A stretch of DNA of 64,000 nt from Spirochaetales bacterium (lineage in GTDB: Bacteria; Spirochaetota; Spirochaetia; JABEVK01). This document shows, piece after piece, positions 1 to 8,500 of the stretch (positions are counted from its first letter, which is position 1; every line of letters starts with the position of its first letter). Where the stretch lies: assembly GCA_037142615.1 (NCBI GenBank), contig JBAXAI010000017.1, forward strand, positions 13,437-77,436, written 5' to 3'. A model generated the notes under the pieces. The model saw nothing but the letters and a program-made list of their open reading frames with translations, did no database searches and was not told where the DNA came from. The position numbers and the translations under genes were made by a program.

Positions 1-2
1 GC

Positions 3-503
3 CGCAACAAAGGCCCGGCGTGGGACGCTGAGCAGTTCACCGGCCAGCCGTTTTTGTCGCTGACCTGGTGCGCTGCCGTGGCCGAAGTGCAAATCATCCC
101 CCACAGGGCCGAGGTGGAAATCGTGCGGCTGTCGCTGGTTGTCGATGCCGGTCCGCGCATCGACGAATCGGCCGCGCGAAACGCCCTGATCGAAGGCGTC
201 CAGATGGCCGTCGGCTGGACCCTCACCGAAGCGCTGGGCTGGGACCAGGGCGGGGTCGATACCGGACTGGGCCGCTACCGGTTGCCGGGGCCGCGGGAGT
301 TGCCACCCATCGAAATCCGCTTCCTCGAAAATGCCAACCAGACGAGGCCCCACGGTCTGGGAAATCTGGGAGCTCATGCCGTAGCTCCGGCGCTTCTGGG
401 CGCCATCCGGCAGGCGCTCGGCCAAGCCTCGTCGCTGAGTTCCATCCCCGTTTCGCGGAAAATGCTCGACGAGGCCTTGAGGCTGGGAGGCAACGCGCGA
501 TGA
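3..503 (+). CDS. Xanthine dehydrogenase-family molybdopterin-binding subunit, C-terminal part (5' end outside window)
   Basis: AEVQI...VVDAG...EGVQMAVGWTLTE...YRLP resembles the XDH large-subunit C-terminus; ATGA-coupled to a 2Fe-2S subunit gene. Confidence 0.7.
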   Translation, partial: RNKGPAWDAEQFTGQPFLSLTWCAAVAEVQIIPHRAEVEIVRLSLVVDAGPRIDESAARNALIEGVQMAVGWTLTEALGWDQGGVDTGLGRYRLPGPRELPPIEIRFLENANQTRPHGLGNLGAHAVAPALLGAIRQALGQASSLSSIPVSRKMLDEALRLGGNAR

Positions 504-985
504 AAGTGCATCTGATTCTCAATGGTGACGACGTGACCGTCACCGCCGAGCCCCGCGAGTCGCTGTTTGAAGTGCTGCAAAGCGAGGCGGGCCTCTTTGC
601 CGACAAAGTCTGTTGCGACCAGGGCGACTGCGGCCGCTGCCATTTGCTGCTCGACGGCCGCGAGGTGCCGGGTTGCCTCATCCCGTTCTTCCAGGTGCGC
701 GAGCGCGAAGTCGTTACCCCAGAAGGCTTTCGGAACACTGAGGAATACCGCCTCTTCCGGACCCTGCTCGACGACGAGGGTCTGGTCCCCTGCCCCGAAT
801 GCACCGAAGTCCAGGTGTTCCACCTTTTCTCGTTCCTGGAGCAGTTCCCTCAGGCCGACGCTGAGGAATGCCGTCTGGTGATCGGAGAAATCCCCTGCCG
901 CTGCGGCAGCCGGCCCGTGCTCGAACGCGGGGCCCGTCGTTGGCTCGAAGCCCGCAAGGAGGTCCCGCGTGGCCGCCGCCGTTGA
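500..985 (+). CDS. (2Fe-2S)-binding subunit of XDH/CODH-type complex
   Basis: MKVHLILNG..., CCDQGDCGRC...C and CPEC...CRC cysteine motifs; ATG at 500 overlaps the upstream TGA. Confidence 0.85.
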   Translation: MKVHLILNGDDVTVTAEPRESLFEVLQSEAGLFADKVCCDQGDCGRCHLLLDGREVPGCLIPFFQVREREVVTPEGFRNTEEYRLFRTLLDDEGLVPCPECTEVQVFHLFSFLEQFPQADAEECRLVIGEIPCRCGSRPVLERGARRWLEARKEVPRGRRR

Positions 986-1808
986 AGTCGCCCAGCCTCT
1001 GGTCTACAGCCCCCGAACGTTGAGTGAGACCTTGGCGTTTCTGTCGGCCAACCCCGGCTGCCAGATCATCGCCGGCGGTACTGCGCGGAATCCCGAAGTG
1101 GCCGTCGCGGTCAGTCTGCACCAGCTCGACGAACTCAAGAGGATCACCTTGGGTGAACGGGCCCTCGACCTGGGCGCGGGGGTTACCTTGGCGGCCCTGC
1201 TGGCGCTGCCCGATAGCCAGGTTCCCCGCGTGCTCAAAGAGGCACTGCGGTCCATCGGGACCTCGGCCCTGCGCAATCTGGCCACGTTGGGAGGAAACGT
1301 GTGTCAGAGGGGGTTCTTCGGTGACCTGGTTCCGGTCCTGTTGTTGCTCGGCGCGCAGTTTGAGCTTCGCGGGCAGCGAACCTCGCGCTGGGTGGCGGCG
1401 CAGGACTTTGGCGAGCACGGCCACGTCGAACTCAGTGGGGGCGAAGTCTTGGTGCGGGTTCGCCTGCCGCTCGAAGACCCTGGCGTGCATTTCTACCAAA
1501 AAATAGGAAGCTTCCGTTCGGCCTGGGACGAACGCTTGTCGATGGTCTGTCTCGCAACCCCCAAGAACGGGCTGATTTCACGGTTCCGCTTGGTTTTTTC
1601 GCTGCCCCAAAGCGGCTTGGTACGCCACCGCGACCTCGAAGCCGACCTGACCGGACAAAGGCTCCCGCTTTCGGCCCGCGAACGTGCCACGGTGTTGGAG
1701 CGGCTGGACGAGTACCTGGGTCACCTGCCACTTCCGGCCAGCGTCTTCCAGCGGGAGAGGATTTTGCACTTGGCGCGCTGGGTCCTCACCCGCTTGGAAG
1801 ACGACTAA
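969..1808 (+). CDS. FAD-binding subunit of XDH/CODH-type complex
   Basis: IIAGGT, LGAGVTL and LRNLATLGGNV motifs of the molybdopterin dehydrogenase FAD domain. Confidence 0.85.
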   Translation: MAAAVEVAQPLVYSPRTLSETLAFLSANPGCQIIAGGTARNPEVAVAVSLHQLDELKRITLGERALDLGAGVTLAALLALPDSQVPRVLKEALRSIGTSALRNLATLGGNVCQRGFFGDLVPVLLLLGAQFELRGQRTSRWVAAQDFGEHGHVELSGGEVLVRVRLPLEDPGVHFYQKIGSFRSAWDERLSMVCLATPKNGLISRFRLVFSLPQSGLVRHRDLEADLTGQRLPLSARERATVLERLDEYLGHLPLPASVFQRERILHLARWVLTRLEDD

Positions 1809-3601
1809 GCCTCGAGCTCTTGCTTTTCACGTTCGTCCAGGAACTGCTCGGTATACAGCTCAAAGTAGCGCCCCCGGCGGGCCATCAGTTCGCTGTGGTT
1901 GCCGTCCTCGAGGATGCGTCCCTTTTCGAGCAACAGGATGCGGTCGGCGCCACGCACGGTTGAAAGCCGGTGGGCGATCAGGAAGCTCGTTCGCCCGTGG
2001 AGCAGTTTCTCGACCGCCAACTGAATCAGGCGCTCGGTTTCGGTATCGACCGAGCTGGTCGCTTCATCGAGCAGGAACAACGCCGGATCGGCCAGCACGG
2101 CACGGGCCAGGCTCACCAGCTGTTTCTGCCCCGTCGAAAGGCGGCTGCCCCCTTCTCCAATGTCAGTGTCAAAACCCTTTTCGAGCTCCTGGATGAACTC
2201 CGTCGCCGACACTTGCTTGGCGGCCTCTTCCACCTCAGCGTCGGTGGCCGTGAGCCTGCCATAGCGGATGTTGTCGCGGACCGTTCCCCGAAAGAGTTGG
2301 GGGGTCTGGAGCACGTAGCCGAGGCGCGAATGCAGCCAGTGCTGACTCCGATCGCGGGTGTCGACCCCGTCGATGAGCACTTGCCCCGAGGTTGGTTCGT
2401 AAAAGCGGCAAAGCAGATTGATGATGGTGCTCTTGCCGCTTCCCGTCTCGCCGACCAAGGCGATGCTCTGGCCCGGCTCCACCACGAGCTGGAACCGTTC
2501 GAGGATGGGTTGCCCCGGCACGTACGAAAAGCTCACCTCGTGAAACTCGACCCGTCCCACCAGCGGCGGTTCGTTCGAGGTGTCGAGTCCAGGACGGTCG
2601 CGGATCTCGGGCTCGGCCTCCACCAGCGCCAGGAGTCGCTCCGCAGAGGTCTGGGCCTGCTGCAACTCACCCAGCACTCTCGCCAGCTCCCGCACGGGTT
2701 CAAAAAACTGAACCGTGTACGAGGCAAACGCTACCAGCGTGCCCAGGCTGAGCGCCCCGGCCAGCACCATGGGCGCGCCAAAGCTGAGGGCCAGCGCGGT
2801 GCCGAGACTGGCCAGCGTGAGCACCACCGGCAGGTAGAGCGCGCCGAACCAAGCCGAGCGCACCGACGCGTCGCGCAGGTTACCGGCCCGCACGCCGAAC
2901 TCGCGGCGGTTGCCGTCTTCGCGTCCGAGCACTTTGCTGCTGCGTGCGCCCTGAATCCCCTCCGAAAACGCCGCCGAAACCTCGGATCCCAGTTTTTTCA
3001 CCTGCCGGTACCACGTGAGCAGCGTCTTTTGGAACACCACGCTCACCCAAGCCAGCGGGGGCAGCACCGACAACGTGATGGCGGCCAGCAACGGATTGAG
3101 CACAAACAGCACGATGGTGATGGCCAGCATCATGGCTGCCCCCCACACCATGTCGACAATGCCCCACGAGATCACCTGCCCCAAGCGGGTGGCGTCGCTG
3201 GTCAGGCGGGCCAAAATCCAGCCGCCGGGGGTCTTGTCGTAATAGCTGAACGACAGATCCATCAGGCGGTCGAACCCGGCCTGCCTCAAGTCGTGGATCA
3301 GCCCCTGCTCGATCCAGCCGGCCACCCAGATCAGTGACCACACCAACGCACACTGCGCCAGCATGGCACCGCCGTACAAAGCCAGAAAGCCTTCGATTCC
3401 CTTCATCGACCGAGGAACCAAGAAGGTGTCCACAGCCACTTTGGTGAGGTAAGGGAAGCTCGTGTCGATGGCACCGACCGCAAGCATCACCAGGCCGAGC
3501 GCGACCAGGTGCTTTGTGTATGGCTTGGTGAACCTCAACAGTCCTTTCCACAGCTTCCAGTTCCAACGGGTCTGGAAGGCCTCGTCTTCCCAGTCGCTCA
3601 T
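1805..3601 (-). CDS. ABC exporter, fused TMD-NBD (heterodimer subunit with intact motifs)
   Basis: TM domain, Walker A GETGSGKS, signature LSTGQKQ, Walker B LLDEAT, IAHRLST; ATG at 3601 overlaps the upstream stop. Confidence 0.92.
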   Translation of the reverse strand: MSDWEDEAFQTRWNWKLWKGLLRFTKPYTKHLVALGLVMLAVGAIDTSFPYLTKVAVDTFLVPRSMKGIEGFLALYGGAMLAQCALVWSLIWVAGWIEQGLIHDLRQAGFDRLMDLSFSYYDKTPGGWILARLTSDATRLGQVISWGIVDMVWGAAMMLAITIVLFVLNPLLAAITLSVLPPLAWVSVVFQKTLLTWYRQVKKLGSEVSAAFSEGIQGARSSKVLGREDGNRREFGVRAGNLRDASVRSAWFGALYLPVVLTLASLGTALALSFGAPMVLAGALSLGTLVAFASYTVQFFEPVRELARVLGELQQAQTSAERLLALVEAEPEIRDRPGLDTSNEPPLVGRVEFHEVSFSYVPGQPILERFQLVVEPGQSIALVGETGSGKSTIINLLCRFYEPTSGQVLIDGVDTRDRSQHWLHSRLGYVLQTPQLFRGTVRDNIRYGRLTATDAEVEEAAKQVSATEFIQELEKGFDTDIGEGGSRLSTGQKQLVSLARAVLADPALFLLDEATSSVDTETERLIQLAVEKLLHGRTSFLIAHRLSTVRGADRILLLEKGRILEDGNHSELMARRGRYFELYTEQFLDEREKQELEA

Positions 3602-5331
3602 AGCAACCATTCCTTTTGCAGGGCGTTCTGCAGTTCGGCCATGCGCCGGTACAAACCCGGCTGGGCCGCCAGTTCGGCGTGGGTGCCCTGTTGCACCAGA
3701 CGGCCGTGTTCGAGCACCAAAATCACGTCGGCCTGCGCCAAGGTCGACAAGCGGTGCGAAATCAAAATGATCGTCCCAGACGACTTGCGGCTCGCCAAAC
3801 TCGCCCGGATCTGCGCATCGGTGTGGTTGTCGACGGCCGACAGCGAGTCGTCGAAAATCAGCACCGGTTTGGGCCTCACCAGCATCTGCGCGATGGCCGT
3901 GCGCTGGCGCTGACCGCCCGACAGGGTCACCCCGCGCTCCCCGAGCAGGGTCTTGTACCCTTCGGGAAAGCCGGTGATGCCCTCGTGGAACCGGGCCAGC
4001 GTCGCCGCATGAACGATCTCGTCGGCATGCGGCGTTTCGTGCGCCAGCCCGATGTTGTCGCCGATGGTTTTGGCAAATAACCACGGCTCTTGCAAAACCA
4101 GTCCTACCTGAGACCTCAGCTCTCGTTTGCTCAGCGTGGCGAGCTCGCGCCCGTCGAGAAGGATTTCTCCTTCGTAGGGTGACAGCCCTGCCAGCAATTG
4201 CACCAACGTCGACTTGCCGCTGCCCGTGGGCCCCAACAACGCTGCGGTTTGGCCAGCCTCGATGACGAAGTTCAGGCCCTCGAGAATGGTGCGGCCTTCT
4301 TTGTGCACGCTCACGTTGCGAAACTCGAGCCGGCCCTTCCATTCGGTGCCCGGGAACACTTCCCGTTCGCCGAGCTCCTCGGTGGGCTTGGCCAAGATTT
4401 CCTTGACCCGAGTCCACGACACCTTCGCCTTTCCGAGGTCGGTGAGCACGCGGCCCAACTGACGGATGGGCCACACCAGCATGCCGGTGAGCGTCATGAA
4501 CATGACAACCGTGCCTGTGGTGACCAGGCCAGCATTCACAAACACGATTCCGGCCGTCAACACAATGCCGAGTTGGAGCAGCGACAGCACGTTCACCAGC
4601 CCCCAATAGTAGGCGAACAGGTTGATCAGTTTGCGGGTCACCTGCCGGTAGTGGTCGTTCTCGGCGCCGAATCGTTGCCGCTCGAAGTCTTGACGGGCAA
4701 AGGCTTTAACGACCCGCACCCCCGTGATATTTTCTTGCAGGATGCCCGACAAGCGCCCTTCGGACTCGTCACTTTCCTTGAAAGCCTTTTCGACCTGATG
4801 GAAGAAGGCGTAGCTAAAAATGAGCACCACCGGAAGCAAGGGCACCGTGAACCAGGCCAACCGCGGTTCCAGAGCAAACAGCATGGGGAGTATCCACAGG
4901 GCCTGCAGACTGCTGTTGACCAGCTCGGGGAACTGAAGACCAGCCAACCGCCTCAACGTATCGACATCGGAGGTGCAACGCTGAACCCAGTCACCGGTGG
5001 GAGCTTTTTGCAGCTCATCCCAGGTCAACAACTGAAGGTGACCGTACAGCTGGTTGCGAAGATCCTTGGCAGCGTCTTCGGCGACCCGCTGGGTGCCGTA
5101 CCCCGACAGAAAGTTCAGGCCGGCCGCACCGAAGCTGAAGGCGAACATGCAGGCGATGGCCCAGGCGATGCTGTTGACCCAGCTCAAGGGACCAGGAAGC
5201 GTCCAAGCGGCACCGCCGAGCCCGCTATCAAGAATGGACCGTAACAGCAACGGTGGCAACGAGGAAAGGATGGTCCCCGCAGCGGCAGCCAACAGCGCCG
5301 CGACGTACAGGGGCAGGTATTTACGAAACAT
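3598..5331 (-). CDS. ABC exporter, fused TMD-NBD (subunit with degenerate Walker B)
   Basis: GPTGSGKS, LSGGQRQR, Walker B IFDDSLSAVD (E to D); start MFRKY with upstream GGAG. Confidence 0.92.
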   Translation of the reverse strand: MFRKYLPLYVAALLAAAAGTILSSLPPLLLRSILDSGLGGAAWTLPGPLSWVNSIAWAIACMFAFSFGAAGLNFLSGYGTQRVAEDAAKDLRNQLYGHLQLLTWDELQKAPTGDWVQRCTSDVDTLRRLAGLQFPELVNSSLQALWILPMLFALEPRLAWFTVPLLPVVLIFSYAFFHQVEKAFKESDESEGRLSGILQENITGVRVVKAFARQDFERQRFGAENDHYRQVTRKLINLFAYYWGLVNVLSLLQLGIVLTAGIVFVNAGLVTTGTVVMFMTLTGMLVWPIRQLGRVLTDLGKAKVSWTRVKEILAKPTEELGEREVFPGTEWKGRLEFRNVSVHKEGRTILEGLNFVIEAGQTAALLGPTGSGKSTLVQLLAGLSPYEGEILLDGRELATLSKRELRSQVGLVLQEPWLFAKTIGDNIGLAHETPHADEIVHAATLARFHEGITGFPEGYKTLLGERGVTLSGGQRQRTAIAQMLVRPKPVLIFDDSLSAVDNHTDAQIRASLASRKSSGTIILISHRLSTLAQADVILVLEHGRLVQQGTHAELAAQPGLYRRMAELQNALQKEWLL

Positions 5332-5441
5332 GGAAGTTCTCCAAAAGAAACCAGGACACCTGGCAAAAGGCATCGCGAAACCGACAAAAGGGGGAAAGGA
5401 CTACTGGGAGGCCACACCGAAGCGTTGGCCCACTTGTGCCG

Positions 5442-5504
5442 CTAGGAGCGCGGAACCAGCAGATACACCCGGTAAAGGGTCACAGGGACAGTGGTGCTTT
5501 TCAT
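5442..5504 (-). CDS. Putative 20-aa leader peptide (MKSTTVPVTLYRVYLLVPRS) of the ABC exporter operon
   Basis: GGAGG 8 nt before the ATG, downstream of a TTGACA-17-TATCGT promoter, followed by hairpins. Confidence 0.6.
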   Translation of the reverse strand: MKSTTVPVTLYRVYLLVPRS

Positions 5505-5538
5505 GTTGTGAACCTCCGGGTGGCGATAGGATTTGCCT

Positions 5539-5567
5539 ACGATAGCCCGACACTAGCGTGCTGTCAA
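5539..5567 (-). promoter_or_regulatory. Sigma70-type promoter of leader/ABC operon
   Basis: TTGACA-N17-TATCGT on minus strand. Confidence 0.65.
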
Positions 5568-5620
5568 CTCACCCTGAGCGTCCATGACAAAGATTTCATC
5601 CGCCGGTATACTGCCACGTC

Positions 5621-6163
5621 ATGCGCATCACCGGTGGGAAATACCGAGGAAGAATCGTTCAATGCCCCCCCGGGGTCATCCGACCCGCGATGGACCGCAT
5701 GCGCACCAGCCTGTTTTCCATTCTGGGGCCCTTGGACGGTCTGAGCTTCCTCGACCTGTTTTCAGGCTCGGGGCTGGTGGGCATCGAAGCCGCCAGCCGA
5801 GGCGCCGAACCCGTCGATCTGGTCGAAAAAGACTTCGGCAAGAAGGCCGTCATCCTGAAGAACCTGGCCATGGTCGACACGGCGATCAAGCTGCACCTGG
5901 CAGACGTCAAAGCCTTTTTGAAGCGAGCCGAACGCCGCTACGATGTCATCTACCTCGATCCGCCGTTCCCGCTGGAGGGCAAGCTCGAGGTGCTTCAGCT
6001 CATCGACGAACGCAACGTTTTGGCCGAAAACGGCTCGCTGCTGATGCACTACCCCGGTGAAGAGACTTACCCGGATACGGTAGGACGTTACCGCCGCTAT
6101 GACCACCGCGAGTACGGCCGCAGTCATGTAGTGTTCTACACGCAGGCCAACACGACCGAATAA
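5621..6163 (+). CDS. rsmD: 16S rRNA m2G966 methyltransferase
   Basis: MRITGGKYRG, RPAMDRMR, LDLFSGSG, EAASRGA, YLDPPF. Confidence 0.93.
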   Translation: MRITGGKYRGRIVQCPPGVIRPAMDRMRTSLFSILGPLDGLSFLDLFSGSGLVGIEAASRGAEPVDLVEKDFGKKAVILKNLAMVDTAIKLHLADVKAFLKRAERRYDVIYLDPPFPLEGKLEVLQLIDERNVLAENGSLLMHYPGEETYPDTVGRYRRYDHREYGRSHVVFYTQANTTE

Positions 6164-6201
6164 GCTTTCAAGTCGCGCCGATTTCGGTCGATACCTTGGG
6201 T

Positions 6202-7005
6202 ATGAAATCGGGAAAAGGCATGGACATATCGCTGGTCATCGGCTTCGTGACCGGCTTGGGCGGCATCTTGGTGGGGTACATCGTCGAAGGCGGTAACCCC
6301 GCCTCTCTCATCGGCGTCTCGGCCCTCATCATCATCGGAGCAGGCACCTCGGGAACCATTTTGGTCTCGTTCGGAATCAAGGGCTACATGTCCATTCCGG
6401 CGGGCGTGGGGGCGGCGATGTCGCCACCCAACGGACCGTCTGCCGACCTGGCGGGGCAAATCGTTGACCTTTCCGACAAAGCGCGCAAAGAAGGCCTGCT
6501 CTCGCTCGACGACATGGTGGAAGACATCGAAGACCCCTTGTTCCGCAAAGGCATCCGCATGGTTGTTGACGGCGTCGACCCCGAAGAAATCGAGAAGCTG
6601 CTCGAAACCGACATTGCGGTCTACGAACACGTCAAGAAGGAAGAGGCGGAAATCTTCGGCCAGATGGGCGGTTTTGCTCCGACGATGGGGATCATCGGTA
6701 CGGTTACCGGTCTGGTCTTGGTTCTTGGTAACTTGGCGGGCGACATCGAGCGCTTAGGTCACTCCATTGCGGCGGCGTTCATCGCGACGTTGTACGGAAT
6801 CGGTATCGCCAACGTGTTCGCCCTGCCGGTGGCCAACAAGCTCAAGGGCAAAATCAAGGTCGAAAAGCTGCGCATGGAAATGATCCTCACGGGGGTCTTT
6901 GCCATCCACAAGGGCGAAAGCCCCATGCTGGTTAAGGAAAAGATGCTGTCGTACCTCGAAGAAGAAGAACAGAAGCTGCTCGACAAGGGCGGAGCTGAGG
7001 ACTAA
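6202..7005 (+). CDS. motA: Flagellar stator protein MotA
   Basis: ARKEGLLSL, GGFAPTMGIIGTV, AFIATLYGI; start could also be 6220. Confidence 0.93.
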   Translation: MKSGKGMDISLVIGFVTGLGGILVGYIVEGGNPASLIGVSALIIIGAGTSGTILVSFGIKGYMSIPAGVGAAMSPPNGPSADLAGQIVDLSDKARKEGLLSLDDMVEDIEDPLFRKGIRMVVDGVDPEEIEKLLETDIAVYEHVKKEEAEIFGQMGGFAPTMGIIGTVTGLVLVLGNLAGDIERLGHSIAAAFIATLYGIGIANVFALPVANKLKGKIKVEKLRMEMILTGVFAIHKGESPMLVKEKMLSYLEEEEQKLLDKGGAED

Positions 7006-7764
7006 ATGGCCGCCAAAAAAGCGCCTGCCAAAAAAAAGAAGAAGGCCGTCGACGAAGAGAAAGAAAACTCAGAACGCTGGCTTCTGACCTACGCCGACAT
7101 GATCACCCTGCTGATGCTCTTCTTCATCGTGTTGTACGCCATGAGTCCCCGCGACCCCAAAAAGTTTGAGGACCTGGCGCAAACCTTCCAGACGGTGTTT
7201 CAGGGAGCCAACATGGGCTTCGTGTTCTCGGCCAGCAACTCGGTGGGCACCAAGGGCGAAATGCTTCTGGGCCGCCAGCAGACTGACCCGTCGAAAACGC
7301 TGCGTGAAAAGCGCAACGCCATGATGTCGCAGCTGGAATACCGCATGAAGAACATCATGCCGCAAAATCAGTACAAGGTGACCGAGGTGCAGGAAGGCAT
7401 CAAGATCACGCTGTTCAGCGACACTTTTTTTGACCCAGGTAGCCCCGAAGTTCACCCCGAAGCCGTGCCTTTCCTGGGCAAGGTCGCCGATGGGATCAAG
7501 GCCCTTCCCAACGCCATCCGCGTCGAAGGCCATACCGACGGCAGCACCATCGAGGGCAACAAGTTCTCCAAGGAATGGCAACTGAGCACCGAACGGGCCC
7601 TGAGCGTGCTCAACTTGTTCCTCAGCTATGGCTACCCCGAGGAACGCTCAGGCGTGGCCGGCTACGGAAGCACGCGTCCCGTGGCGACGAACACCACTCC
7701 CGAAGGTCAGGCGTTTAACCGGCGGGTGGATGTGCTGTTGCTGTGGGACAAATCTCAAATGTAG
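7006..7764 (+). CDS. motB: Flagellar stator protein MotB
   Basis: WLLTYADMITLL with conserved Asp; OmpA-like domain EGHTD...LSTERA...NRRVD. Confidence 0.93.
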   Translation: MAAKKAPAKKKKKAVDEEKENSERWLLTYADMITLLMLFFIVLYAMSPRDPKKFEDLAQTFQTVFQGANMGFVFSASNSVGTKGEMLLGRQQTDPSKTLREKRNAMMSQLEYRMKNIMPQNQYKVTEVQEGIKITLFSDTFFDPGSPEVHPEAVPFLGKVADGIKALPNAIRVEGHTDGSTIEGNKFSKEWQLSTERALSVLNLFLSYGYPEERSGVAGYGSTRPVATNTTPEGQAFNRRVDVLLLWDKSQM

Positions 7765-7780
7765 GTCGAGGTCGGCGCGC

Positions 7781-8500
7781 CTACTGCGGAGCAGCCCACT
7801 TTCCCTGCGGCCCCGGCACTACCACCAACTCCTTCAAGCGCGCCAGAAACTCCGTTCGCGGAATCTCTACCGCACCGAAACTGGCCAGGTAAGGGGTCTT
7901 CTGCTGGCAGTCGACCAACTGCACGCCCTGTTCGCGGGCTAACCAGGGCACCAGCGTGGCAAACCCGACTTTGGAAGCGTTGGGGGCACGGCTGAACATG
8001 CTTTCGCCGCAAAACACGCCGCCCAGATGGATGCCGTACAGCCCGCCGACCAGTTCGGGAGTGGCCCCAGGCCCCGGCACTCGCCAAACCTCGACGCTGT
8101 GGGCAAACCCCACCTTGTGCAGTTCGGTGTACGCGGGAAAGTAATCGCTGGTGATCCAGGTGCCGCGCTGGCCAGGTCTCCGGGTTTCGGAGCAGCCGTG
8201 CATCACGTCGGCGAACGCGGTGTCGAACGTCACGCGGTAGGGGTTCTTCTTCAGCAGTTTGGCCAAGCTTTCGCTCACATGCAGGTGCGGGGGCTCAAGA
8301 ACAAACCGCGGATCGGGGCAGAACCAGAACGGAACCTGCTCTTCGGTGAACCAAGGGAAAAGTCCCTGGCGGTAGGCCGACACCAGCATCCCAGGCGAAA
8401 GGTTACCCCCGGCGCCGACCAGCCCACTGTCATCGGCGCTGCTGGGATCGGGGAACTCGAACTCCTGGTCCCACTCCAGCCGGGGGAAAGCGTCAGCCAA
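7781..8500 (-). CDS. aat: Leucyl/phenylalanyl-tRNA-protein transferase
   Basis: AYRQGLFPWF, PDPRFV, TWI, AHSVEVW, LVGGLYG, GESMFS, NASK. Confidence 0.95.
   Translation of the reverse strand: MADAFPRLEWDQEFEFPDPSSADDSGLVGAGGNLSPGMLVSAYRQGLFPWFTEEQVPFWFCPDPRFVLEPPHLHVSESLAKLLKKNPYRVTFDTAFADVMHGCSETRRPGQRGTWITSDYFPAYTELHKVGFAHSVEVWRVPGPGATPELVGGLYGIHLGGVFCGESMFSRAPNASKVGFATLVPWLAREQGVQLVDCQQKTPYLASFGAVEIPRTEFLARLKELVVVPGPQGKWAAPQ

Noticed and set aside
3602-4606. 933-aa ORF suggesting an N-terminally extended ABC transporter
   Set aside because: The extension overlaps the upstream ABC gene in another frame; the real start is the ATGA-coupled ATG at 3601.
7010-7045. Poly-A runs at motB start as a phase-variation tract
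   Set aside because: Short runs explained by a Lys-rich N-terminus; frame intact.
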